Of a DNA stretch of 64,000 bases, positions 22,616 through 34,059 are shown one piece after another (within the stretch, counting starts at the first letter, position 1; every line of letters starts with the position of its first letter). Under the pieces are notes generated by a model. The model was not told where the DNA came from. It was given only the letters and a program-made list of their open reading frames with translations, and made no database searches. The translations under genes were made by a program, and so were the position numbers. Source of the stretch: Saprolegnia diclina VS20 (Eukaryota); assembly GCF_000281045.1 (NCBI RefSeq), contig NW_008246090.1, forward strand, positions 569,653-633,652, written 5' to 3'.

Positions 22616-23728
22616 TTAAGTCGATGTGGACAACCACGGGTTCTCGCCAGTGATTTGCTTGGCGTGGCACTCAAAGCACTGCGCTACCGTGCGCATGTGC
22701 TCGCGCGGCGTCGCTCCCGCCGCAAACACAGTGTCGAGACACAAAACGCAAAAGAGCTCGCCGCACTACAGTAGCATTTCACAAGAATGTCTCGCATGCA
22801 GACAACGTGTCGTACCATGGCGCAATGGCGCTTGCAGAGCCCGAAGCGGACGCGGCTCTTGCAGTCAAAGCACGCGGATCGCTGTCCTGGCGGCACGAGT
22901 GTCACGGTTGATGCTAAATTGCGCTCGGGCAGCACGCGTTTTGTATCGCGGATGAGCGCTTCGTAGAGGGTCCCGTCCTTCGCAAGCTGCTGCGTGTTGG
23001 CAGGAAAGGTGGGCGACGTCACCAGAGTGCGAATCTGGGCCTGAAGTGTTTTGCACGACGCATAACTCTTATCAACGTGCGCGATCGCCGCACACGTCGT
23101 GCACGTTTCAATCTCGATGGACGTCGTAGCGTCTGGCCACAGCGCGAGTCCATTCGACGTACACCGTTCGCAGTAGGCCAGACCACACTAGCTCATATAC
23201 GATGGGCAACAATACGACAAGTTGGACGTACCGTAGCACACCAGTGACGGCGACGCAGGAGCGTAAAGCTCCTAGCACACCCCGCACACGTCGTGTCGCG
23301 GGGAGCGCTCGCATCCGGGGGCACGAGGTCCTCTGGACGCGCAAACACTTTGGGGCCGGAGAGCACGAGGTGCGCGGGGAGCGCCATGGACTCGATCTCG
23401 GCGATATGAGGTCCTTGAAGTCGTTCATGGCTCTGAAAGCATAGTGAGCAGACCGACACCTTGTCGTCGCGGCCTGTCACTGGAACGAGAAAGGTGCACG
23501 CAAGACACATTGCGTCACCACACTACATTGCAGTTGAGATGAGGTTGCGATACAACTCGCTTGTAGACACCGTACGAGGCGGCAGTTGGTGCTGCTCAAG
23601 CGTTCTGGCAGCCCGACAGGCTGCCTGCAGACGACGCATGCTTTCGTTGATACAAGTGTGCACACCGACGCGTCGAGAAGGTCCGAGGCAAGCAGCTCAT
23701 ACCGGTAAGGACCCCGTGGTGTTGCCAT
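22616..23728 (-). CDS. Triple FYVE-like zinc finger protein without GAF
   Basis: MATPRGPYRYELLASDLL...CVVC...NCRL|CGDAMCLAC...FARPEDLV...CAGCARSFTLLRRRHWCAT|CGLAYCERC...CFDCKSRVRFGLCKRHCAM|CGELFCVLC...QCFECHAKQITGENPWLSTST*. Confidence 0.8.
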
Positions 23729-24391
23729 TGAATGCGTCGTTTCCAAGCAATGTGACCAAGCTGGAAGTGAAAGCTGTATGAGAATGCTTGGCGCCAAAAC
23801 AGTGTAGTAACGGTACTGCTCTCAGTGTTACCAACGCTCCGAATGGAGTGCGGTGAAATTGAGGCATTAGAATTCAGTCGCGCAGCAAAGACACTGGGCT
23901 GCGCATGAGAACCCACCATCGATCGACAGCGCTTGTCGATACCTGCCGAGTCTCTTGAGTACTAGTACTGCAACGTCGTTGCTCTGGGGCTATGTCGGAA
24001 TGTGTTCAACGAGGCGAGTACAACGAGGACACAGGGGAAGGGTTACTTTCTACGAACACTCCAAACTTCCGAGCAATGAGGGTTGTTTCCGCACGTCGAT
24101 CAAATTTCTGCGTCGTTCGGTTCAAGATGTGTACCGTGCTAATGTATGGGCTTGTGAATGTAGTACATTCCGAGAATTCAGCGGCTGTGCAGCACGCAAC
24201 AGCTCATCCAAGTTGTCGTTGAATGATGTCTGCAACGGTGTCGTCGGCTGTAGCAACAGTGACGTGTGCGCTCATCGAACACTTGAGCTCGTCGAGTTGT
24301 CGACAGGTACACTACTGAACGTCACTGCAGCAGCACGGAACACTGCGCCTTTGTGGTCGCACTCCATTCCCTATTGTTGGTGCTCTCCATC

Positions 24392-25511
24392 ATGACAACG
24401 CCATTTGAGTTGGCGCCAAGCGATCTTTTGGGTCCTGCCGAGTTTACAACTCGAAAGACTCAGTCGGCGTGCGTCGTGTGTTTGTTCCCGTTTGGCTTTC
24501 TATCGGGTGACATCAACTGCCTCCTCGTAAGTCTATCTATCTATCTATCTATCTATCTATATAGTGCGGTGCCCTAGCTTGCGAACGGTGCATGCAGCCC
24601 ATAGCGGTCGCTGGCCAAGGCGACTCGGTCCCTGTTTGTAATACGTGTTTTCACTACCACGAAAAGCTCTTTGGCAAGTTCATTGAGGGGTCAAAGCCGG
24701 ATCGTGTCGGGCGGAAGTGGCCCACCAACAAATATTTTGCACGGCCAGAGGATCTTGTGCGCCGAGACAAGAACGCGCCCCGAGACAAGTGTACCCTATG
24801 TGCCCGATCGTTTTCGGTCTTTCGCCACCGCCACACGTGTGCGACGGTAGACTACCGTACCCGTGCGCAATGCCTTCTATTGTCTATATGCATAGTGTGG
24901 GCTCGTGCATTGCTCGCAATGCACCGTGTCGGGGCTTGCCTTGTACCCCGGCGCCGCAACGTCCGTGGCCATTCCGATCTGCGATACGTGCTCGTGCATT
25001 TCGATCATTGAGAAGAGCTATGCGAACTGCAAGACGCTTCGCGCCGAGCTGCACACGCTCGTGGCTGCCCCCGATTTTCCTGCCAACACGTTGGGCCTCG
25101 ACCGCGACGGCGCGTTGTTCCGGGCTCTGAGCATGGCAACGAATGGAACGCTCGCCGAGCACACGTTTGCTGCACCGGACAAAATTGTGCCACTTCGAAA
25201 GCGATCGGCGTGCAGTCATTGCGGCAGCCGCGTCTCGTACTACATGCGCAACCACAACTGTGTGTCGGTACGATGGCGCGTGATCGAGAGTGTGCTAACC
25301 TTTCGTGGGACAATAGTGCGGCGAGGTCTTTTGCTTTCTGTGCGTGCTGACCAAGGTCGCGGGGACCACGACGCCGCTTGGCCCCTTGCACGCCGTGCCA
25401 CAGTGCTTTACGTGTCACGCAGGGCAATGCTTTGGCGAGAACCCATGGTTACCACGTACCTCGTACGAAGACCGTATGAAACAGCTCTATACGTCTCTAG
25501 GAATCCAATAA
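24392..25511 (+). CDS. Triple FYVE-like zinc finger protein without GAF (inverted paralog of 22616-23728)
   Basis: MTTPFELAPSDLL...CVVC...NCLL|CGALACERC...FARPEDLV...CTLCARSFSVFRHRHTCAT|CGLVHCSQC...CSHCGSRVSYYMRNHNCVS|CGEVFCFLC...QCFTCHAGQCFGENPWL...*. Confidence 0.8.
24533..24560 (+). repeat. (CTAT)7 microsatellite within a 38-nt intron (24527-24564)
   Basis: gtaagt-ctat x7-atag, read directly. Confidence 0.95.
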
Positions 25512-26527
25512 AATGGACGTTGTTACTCGTCTTGTTGTGCAATTCTCGCCCACACCCGCGGCGATGGAGAGGTGCTTCAAGTTGAGGCGCGTGGTCTCGT
25601 CTAAAAGCCCTCAAATAAGTGAAAATAGGACATATCCTAAATCACTGCCCAGCCCGATACCCAGCCTTGCAGGGTGCCGGGCACGCCATCGCTAGGAGTA
25701 CACAGACAAGTGCGCTCAGAAAGCAGCACTGATGTCGTACGCAACCATAGGTTCAATACGAAATGCAACACGTATACTATATTTTAGGTCGGCGCCCTCA
25801 TCGACGGGCATACCCTATACCTCACACAAGACGACCGCATATGGCAGCGATCTAAAAACGACCTGTGCCGCCGCAATGCCCCTCCTTCCTCTCGCGTATC
25901 TCTGATCCTAGGCTGACGACTGTGCACGCGACTGCAAAGAGGGGACGCATGCTGGCCTCACGTTGGTCTCAGCGCCGCCAAAGTGTGTAATCGCCACGGC
26001 GCAGTAACGTGATGATGGGAGGAACGACCGCATGAAATTGCCGTCCTGTGGGTACGCTGTCTGCATCTGGAGGTATAACACTGCCATAACACTTGCGTCA
26101 TGCACGCCAAATCCATCACGCTCTGTGCAGGAACATGGTCAAGTGGCACCGACGAAACAGGCGACCGCGAGCCTCGGTGACGCTCAACAGCGCAGCGCAT
26201 TGGTGCGTTCGGCGTCGTTTCTCGATGTCCTTGGTGTTGAGGGTGGCCGGTCCATTGGAGCTTCATTTGGTCAGTCCGTCCAAATGGGTACGGCTTTGCA
26301 TTACGCATACGCCGTCCGCTCTGAGTCTCTGGCCTTTATCGTCTGCGTGTTGCCAACGCCATTGGTGCTGTGTGTAGTGGGTGCGGGATATCCTCGGGTG
26401 ATGTGCTTCAATGTGCAAGAGATGGCCTTTCCTTCCTTCGACTCGGACAAGCAACAAAGCGTAGTACGACGACGATACGATAGGCGTGCTCTATTGGCCA
26501 TTCTTTATACTCTACATGACTTGCTAC

Positions 26528-29006
26528 TCATCGCAAGACAAACGTTTCGTCGTCGTCTTCGCCGCTGCTACTGTGTTGCTGCTTGGTTTCCTCGGCGTCC
26601 GCGTACAGCTTGGCCTCCATTCGGCGTGCGAGCCGATCGAGGCGATCGAGCTCGGCCGTGTGCTGTCCGAGCGTCTGAAACAACACGCACTGCTGCGATG
26701 CCAGCGCCTGCTGTGTGTCGGTCGTTCGGCAGAGCAGCGCCATGATCATGGCTTCGAGGTTCGAGCCATCGGACGTTGGCGCCGGCGCCTCGACCACGAC
26801 ATCGGTCGGTGTCGACGTCGTCGGTGATGTCGTCGCGCTCGTCGACGGCTCTATGATCGCGGGGTGGGCTTCTTCGTGCACGGTCTCGGGCACCGTCGGC
26901 AGCGGCGAGAGCTTCTTGCCCCAGACTTCCTTTCGGTCGTCAATGTTCTTCATGGCAACCGTCGCGAGCTTCTCGAGCGTCGCAATATCGCTGAACCCGA
27001 GCTGGCGCGGCTCGTTGTCAAACACAAAGACCGTCCCGATCGCTTGGCCATTCGAGGTCACGATCGGCGTGCCGGCGTAAAAGCGGACGCCGGCCGGTCC
27101 CGTCACGAGCGGGTTCATCACAAATCGTCGATCGCGGAGCGCGTCGAGGACAATCATCGTGTCGTGCGACACGATCGTGTGCGCACAGAACGCCACGTCC
27201 CGCGGAATGACATCCTGCGCAAGGCCCACGGACGCTTTGAACCACTGGCGGTCGTGGTCAATGAGCGAGACCGCCGCGATCGGGCACTTGAGCGCGTTCG
27301 ACGCGAGCTCGCAGATGATGTCAAACACGTCTTCGCGCGGCGTGTCGAGGATCTCGTACGCATGCAGCGCCGCGAGCCGGTCCGACTCGTTTGGGAGCGT
27401 CGGTGCTTTGGGCCATTGACAGCCCCAGCTAAAGTCGAGCGGGTACGACCGGTTCATCTCGGGGTTGGAGCCGCGCCGGTACTCGGACGGCGGCCGCATG
27501 GCGACCGTACTGGGCTTGCGCGACATCGATGGCGCCTCGGCCGAGCTCGCACGGGACCGGACGATGCGCGAGTTGGTCGTCGCGTTCGCGTTGCCCGCGC
27601 CAGAAATGTACCGGCTCGCTGTCTCGGGCTCAAACCGCTTGGTTGTGTTGGTCGAGCACGCTTGGCAGATGGGCGCGACTTGCCACTCGCCTTGGCGCGG
27701 CACGTCCGACACAAGAATGTCAAAGAGGCACATGAAACAGAACGCTTCACCACACTACATACGAGGCAATAAGACTACGAAACGAGAAAATCGATCGACG
27801 TACGAGGCGGCAGTGGTCCTTGCGCATGATGAAGCGAAATTTGTCATGGCACGCGCGGCAGTTGGATCGGTCTTTGAGCGAGACCCACAAACTCTTCTTC
27901 ATGAGGCGGTCGTACGGGATCACGTGCGCGGCTTCGAGTCGCAAGACGCGGTGGTCGACTTGGTTCGTATTGGGCGGCGGGTAGTGCGGGTCGTGGAAGA
28001 GGCCCATGACCGCTTTTTGGAGCGCGCGGCAGTTGGAAAAATTCCCCTGGACCATGCTAATGTGCACGCAGGTCCAACACACCGTCACGTCAAACGACGA
28101 CTGGCCGTCCGGTCGCAGCGCGAGCTGGTTGGTCGTGCAGTGACTGCAAAACACTTCGCCACACTACCGTCACGAGTCGCAATGAGCATAAACGTATGAA
28201 CGAGACGACGACGTACGGTTTGGCACTGGTACTTGTGTCGAAAGAGGGTGAACGATCGCTTGCAGCGGTCGCACTTGGAGCGCTTGCCTTTGGGTACAAA
28301 CTCCTTGAGGAGATCTTCAGGGTACACAAAGAGCATTTTCGACGGCCATTTGGAGCCACGGCCCGACTTGGCGACGCGTGTCGGCGCTTTCGACGCTTCA
28401 ATTGGCGCGATCGCGTGGCTGTTGGTCGTGCCGTCACCGTCTTCGGGTGCAGGCAGCAGCGCCGTGCTGCTCCGCAAACTATCGAACGCGGACCGGCTCG
28501 CAAACGATGTTTTTCGCTCCGGTGACCACAGCGACGGATTGCTGTCCGAGATGAGCGACGCGTTCCCGATCGAAAAGTGATCTTGGTAGCTGCCTTGGTA
28601 GCTGTCGTGGTAGCTGTTGTGGTAGCTGCTTTGGTAGCTGCTGTGGTAGCCGGCGTCGTCGTCGTCGCTCTCTTCTTTGAGGACGCCGCTTGTGGGGCCG
28701 AGGCGGTCGTCGGCCTTGTAGCACGGCGCACACACCATGGCAAAGTACCGCTCGGTCGGGTGGGCCGTCACGGGGACGTGGAAGAAGCACTTGCTGCACA
28801 TGACCTCGCCGCACTAGGATGACGAATAAGAATCGCGCTACACGAAGGACGCGTACGAGGGCGCAGTTGTGCTTGTGCCGCAAGAGGTTAAACTTGCGCA
28901 TACAGACGTAGCACGTGAGCGTGTCTTTGGTCGGGATGTACTCGGTCGGGTTGAGGAGGTCGCTCTTGAGGAGCGCGGGGCGCCGCCGGTCGTGCTCGTC
29001 CATCAT
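26528..29006 (-). CDS. Triple FYVE + GAF + coiled-coil protein
   Basis: MMDEHDRRRPALLKSDLL...CYVCMRKFNLLRHKHNCAL|CGEVMCSKC...CDRCKRSFTLFRHKYQCQT|CGEVFCSHC...CRACHDKFRFIMRKDHCRL|CGEAFCFMC, then YPLDFSWGCQWPKAP + GAF + tail. Short SY(Q/H)x peptide repeat at ~28582-28650. Confidence 0.9.
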
Positions 29007-29271
29007 CGCTCCCGCACTCGCAATGGAGGACGTCGTCGTGAAGGTTGATAATAGTATGGTGCACCAAAGAAGTGGCCATATTACAGCGCCAACCATCGCC
29101 TCACGGGGTGGATGATACCCTACACAGTACGCGCGTTACTTCCCGCCGCCGTCGCCGCCTTTCTTGTTATAACACCGTCTCTAACGCTGTAGTGCAAAGT
29201 GGCCACATTGCCCTTGGCGCCACAAGTCCACATCAAGTCCAGTCTAACACGCGAAACACGTTCGCATATCG

Positions 29272-30607
29272 TTAATCTTTCGAGTCGAGCTTGGCTTCCA
29301 TGCGCTTGACCGCGTCCGCTAACTTATCTATCTGTGCTGTGTGCTGGCCTAATGTCTGGAACATGGCGCCCTGCTGCGTCGCAAGCTGCTGCTGCGTCTC
29401 GGTCGTCCGACAAAGTAAATCCATGAGCATCGTCTCGAGCTTGGGACCGGCCACGACCTGGCCGTCACCAGGCCCGGCGTTTTGAACGACAAGGTCCTGC
29501 GTGTTGAGGTTGGGTGTCGATGGTGCGACCTCGGCGAGCGCAGTCGTCGTCGGCGTCGGCGGTGGTCCCTGCGTCGGTGTCGATACGGGCGTTGCGATCG
29601 CGTTCTTGCGGTCCTCAATGTTCTTCATCGCGACATTCGAGAGCTTCTCGAGCGTCGTGATGTCGCACGAGTGGCGCGGCTGTGTGTCAAACACAAAGAC
29701 GGTACCAATGACAAAGCCCGACGGCGACACGATCGGTGACCCAGCGTAGAAGCGAATGTTGGCGCCGCCCGTCACGAGCGGGTTCTTGGCAAACCGCTTG
29801 TCGAGGAGCGTATCCAAGACGACCATCGGCTCCTTTGTGCGCACAGTATGCGCGCAGAACGACACGTTGCGCGGAATCTCGGTTTGCGCGAGGCCCACCG
29901 ACGCCTTGAACCACTGGCGGTCCTTGTCCATGAGCGAGACGACCGCGATCGGGCACTTGAGCGCGTTCGACGCGAGGTCGCAGATGATATCAAACACGTC
30001 CTCCTGCGGCGTGTCGAGGATGTCAAAGCTGCGGACAGCTGCGAGACGCTCGGCTTCGTGCGGCAAGATCGGCGGCTTGGGCCACTGGTAGCCCCAGCTA
30101 AAGTCGAGCGGATAATCGCACTCGCGGTTGCTACTGTCGGCGCTGGAAAAGTGGCGCTTGTCGTCCGTGGGCGAGTCGAGCCCGCGGTCCATGGTGCTGC
30201 CACGGAGCCGGCTCTCGGACCGGATCGAGCCCGGGCGCGAGCGCGTGCTCGACGGCGCGGTCATGGACGACTCGGCGGTCGGGCGCGGCGCGGCTGTGCC
30301 GCCGAGCGCGAGGATGCACGACATGCACACCTTGACTTCCTGGAGGCCCTGGCGCTGCGGAATCTCGGCGAGCTTCTTGAGCGTGCAGCTCGAGCAGACG
30401 ACCTCGCCACACTAGCCATCGTCATGAGCGTCCACGACGTCGTCGTCACCGTACCATGCGGCAGTGGTGCTTGCGGCGAAAGTTGGAGAAATTCCGCGTG
30501 CACACGTGGCAGCGGAAGCGCTCCGTGTCGGGGATCCACTCGTCTTGGCTCACGAGCTGGTCGATCGTGATGACATCATGCGTCTGCTGCCGGCTGTTGC
30601 GGGCCAT
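29272..30607 (-). CDS. FYVE + GAF + coiled-coil protein (most canonical copy)
   Basis: WIPDTERFRCHVCTRNFSNFRRKHHCRM|CGEVVCSSC...KVCMSC (intron 30412-30454), with WxxD and RRKHHCR intact. GAF: EAERLAAVRSFDILDTPQE...DRQWFKASVGL...NPLVTGGANIRFYAGSPI. Confidence 0.92.
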
Positions 30608-30938
30608 CGTCGTCGCCTCCGCGTCCAGATCAAAAGTCCCGACTGCCAAATAATATTATTATTTTATAGGCTCCGAAACCGATTTCCCTGTATTTTATTA
30701 CCTTGCGGTTTGTATACGCAAAGCAACTGCGACATGCGTGCAGTAATGCGCCTGAGGATTGGCTGAAAACAGCTACCGAATGCACCAATCACGTGGCGCC
30801 GACCGCCGGCAGGGACATGCTTTGAGCCCCGACAGTACACGGCGCCGATTGATTCAAACTGCGCCATTTTGCGAGTCGGCCCACGGCCGTTCTAGGCTCG
30901 GGATCGTTTGTCTCTAGCGACTTGAACCGAATGGCAAG

Positions 30939-30985
30939 GTACGCCTTGTACAGTGTACGCCTTGTACAGTGTACGCCGATACAGT
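30939..30985 (+). repeat. Short tandem repeat, 16-bp unit gtacgccttgtacagt (2 exact copies + 1 degenerate)
   Basis: Read directly. Confidence 0.85.
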
Positions 30986-31757
30986 GGACTGACGCCGCGC
31001 CGTCGCAGATGTATCCGGCGCTCCGAGGCTTGAGAACGCGAATGTGTGGCCGCGCGTTGTGTTTGCGCGGCTTATTCCACCAGGATGTTTGACTCGCATG
31101 CACTAATATCGTTGGACCGGTTTTGACCGCTGCGGAATAAGAAGGCTCGGCGGATGGGTGCATAAATATATACGCTGCACGGAGAGCGATAGGGGCTGCT
31201 CTGTATCCTACGTTGCAGATGCCCGTCAGCATCGCACGTGGGAAAGGCCGGCAGGTCACGCTTGGTGTCCACCGTGGAGCGGTGCCAGAGCCAAGCGCCT
31301 TGGGCGCCAACGAAAAGTATCTTTGTTGATGGGGTTAGAGCCGGATATTAACCCTGTATCCGGCACATGTCGCCACGACAAGCATCAAGAGGTTTCCCAC
31401 ACGTCACCGGGACACGACCAGTACATCTGCGTCGAGCGACTATTAATAATAGAGACTAGAGAGCATAGTCGGTGTTTGGGGTTGTTGCAAGGTCATTTCT
31501 GTACTGGTTTTTGTAGGGACGCTGCAATCAACTTATTTTGGCACTCGACACCGTCCAAGTTTTCATGTCTGATTGGCCAAAAAGCAGTACAGTAGAGCCA
31601 ATCGTAATGCGCCGAGCTTGCCCACGCGTAAGTACGTTTGTCATAGCACGTGTACGTGTTAAGTACGGTTACGGATTGCGGTTTACAACCACGCACAGCG
31701 GTTTGCCAGGATTCGCGTCCTCTGGTGTCGATGGCGATCCAGCAGTCTTCCATTTCC

Positions 31758-32846
31758 ATGTTGCTGCACTTGCTCACGCTGCTCGTGGCCGCGGCCGCTA
31801 CGCTGCACCCGCGCCATGGCAAGACGGCCGACTACACGCTGCCGCCAGTGTTCACGCCAGCCTACGTCAAGGACGTAGGTCTCAACGTCGCTTGCCACAA
31901 TGCCAGCGCCGGCTACGAGGCGACGCTGCGCCCCGGCAACTACACATCCAACGGGTTCTTTGACTGCTTTCGGACGCGCGGCCAGATCGACGCCTTCTTG
32001 ACCACGCTCGAGGCGCAGAACCGGCGGCTACTGACGTCCCTGCCGCTGGCAACATCGATCCGCGGCGTGCCCATCGTCGCGTACAAGCTCTCGATACGTC
32101 GCAACTTTACGGCGCCGGCCATCTACGTGCAGAGCATGATGCACGCGCGCGAGTGGGTCGCGGGCTCGTCCAACCTCTATGCTCTGGCGTCGTTCCTTGA
32201 CGAGCTGGCTGCCAACCGCACGCCGCCTGCACTCGCCAAGTACGACATGTACTTTGTGCCCATTGTCAACGTCGATGGCTACGACAAGACGTGGTCGGGC
32301 GACGACTATGGCGAGTCCCGCTACACGCGCAAGGACGCCCACCAAGTCGACTTAAACCGCAACTTTCCCACGCTCGCCTTCAACCACGACCACGAAAGCG
32401 TCGACTCGGAGGCGTACCCGGGCACGTCGCCGCTGAGCGAGCCCGAGTCCAAGGGCATCGCAGACTTTATCAGCGCCACTCCGATGGACGGGTTCTTTGA
32501 CATCCACTCGTACTCGGCGCTCGTGCTCTATCCGTTTGGCGATACGACGGCGCCGCCCCGTGGCAACCGCTTCAAAGTGCTCTCGCAGAGTGTGGCCGAC
32601 GCCCTCAACAACGCCACGGGGATCACGTCGTACAAAGGGGCTCCGGCCTACGAGCTCTACCCTTGCTATGGTACGTTCATCGACTATGCGTACCGGAAGT
32701 ACGACAAGGCTGCGGTCACGATTGAGATTGCCGGCAGCGACTTTGTAGAGAAAGTCGACCGCATTCGCCTGCACGGCGCAGCGATCTACGCCGCCCAGAA
32801 CGCGTTTGCCAACGGCCTCGAGGCGTTTAACAACGCACACGTATAA
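31758..32846 (+). CDS. Secreted zinc carboxypeptidase, family M14
   Basis: Signal peptide MLLHLLTLLVAAAAT; HAREW, NVDGY, DLNRNF, DIHSY and TIEI motifs; intronless. Confidence 0.92.
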   Translation: MLLHLLTLLVAAAATLHPRHGKTADYTLPPVFTPAYVKDVGLNVACHNASAGYEATLRPGNYTSNGFFDCFRTRGQIDAFLTTLEAQNRRLLTSLPLATSIRGVPIVAYKLSIRRNFTAPAIYVQSMMHAREWVAGSSNLYALASFLDELAANRTPPALAKYDMYFVPIVNVDGYDKTWSGDDYGESRYTRKDAHQVDLNRNFPTLAFNHDHESVDSEAYPGTSPLSEPESKGIADFISATPMDGFFDIHSYSALVLYPFGDTTAPPRGNRFKVLSQSVADALNNATGITSYKGAPAYELYPCYGTFIDYAYRKYDKAAVTIEIAGSDFVEKVDRIRLHGAAIYAAQNAFANGLEAFNNAHV

Positions 32847-33168
32847 GCTAAAGTAGTTTATCACTGTCGTTGGGTTTCTCGAACGCATGCAACAAGGTGC
32901 ATATGGCCCTTGGCCCACTACTGCATGACCCTACAGCAAAGGGTCTGTACAGAGAGAGCTCGTGGAGGGCTGCTAAGCCGATCTTGCGCATCTTACCGTC
33001 CAAAACCGTATTTATCGACCGCTTGTGCTGCCACGTCATATCGAGTCCAGTGACAGCAGGCATTTTTGATGTCACTGGAAGAATTTGGGACAAACCATGT
33101 TTCACCCATGGATTCCGGATACGCGTGGGCATCCGCATACGGTGCGATTGTTCGACGGGCCGGCAACG

Positions 33169-33676
33169 ATGGCCGACAGCAAGGAAGACGAGAAGCGCAT
33201 GCATGAGGTAGGTCCTGCTGCCTGGCATGGACGATGGCGCTAAGCGTGGCAAACGTAGACCTTTGACATGCTGCCCAAGCTTATTGAGATCCTCAAGGAC
33301 ATCCTGGCGGCGGGGACGAGCCAAGAGGTGACGCGCGTCGGCGACGTCTCGAGCACGGTACGTCCGGTTGTGTGTCGTCGCCATCGCCTCACGACCTTGG
33401 CTAGTCGCTCATGCTCAAGGCAAAGTACGAGGAGGCTGCACGCGTGCTGGCGTCGCTTCCAGGCGTCGATATGAGCTTGGAAGCTCAGCAAGACGAGATC
33501 AAGAAGGCCAAAGAGCTCTTGCGCCAAAAGAGGCATGTATCTTCAGAAGCCCAGGGCTGGCATCATCTCATGCATGGCATAGCGCGCTCATGGAGCTGTA
33601 CAGCGAGACGCTTTTCCGCGGGACGGACGAGCCGCGTGCGCAGCTCAACGATGTCTTTTCACGTCAGAATTTATAA
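33169..33676 (+). CDS. MED9: Mediator complex subunit 9-like
   Basis: Spliced: MADSKEDEKRMHE|TFDMLPKLIEILKDI...|SLMLKAKYEEAARVLASLPGVDMSLEAQQDEIKKAKELLRQK|SALMELY. LPGxDxSxExQ is the Med9 signature. Confidence 0.7.
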
Positions 33677-34059
33677 ACACGGCAAGTATGTCAACTCCGC
33701 TCTCGTTTCGCCTCGACTGGCCAAGTGCCTTGACAGCCTGTCGACACCAACTAGCGAACTAGGGTCGAGTACATGGGCTAGACCTGTACATACATGTCAG
33801 GAGGGGCTGCTGCACCCGGTCTCGCCACCGCGCAAAACGTTTCCGCGGGGCTTGAAGCGGCGCCGCCCAACCAAATTGCCGAATGCATCAGTGTTCTTCC
33901 CACTGTGGACCTGGCAGTACGTCTCGAGGCGGTGCCAACGACTGCTGTCGCTACCCTTGACAGTTAGTCGCCGAAAAGCACAGCGATGTTACTTGGTATG
34001 TTAAAACTACTTATGGTACATTTGGTCGAAGGACGGGAGCTTGCAGGAGGCGTCGCTGA

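Noticed and set aside
13625..30607. GAF domains as phytochrome or cNMP-phosphodiesterase modules
   Set aside because: No PAS/PHY, kinase, cyclase or PDE domains are attached and I saw no phytochrome DIP/chromophore motif; the ligand remains unknown.
30939..30985. Short direct repeats considered as a CRISPR-like array
   Set aside because: Contiguous 16-bp tandem units without spacers, no cas genes, eukaryotic context.
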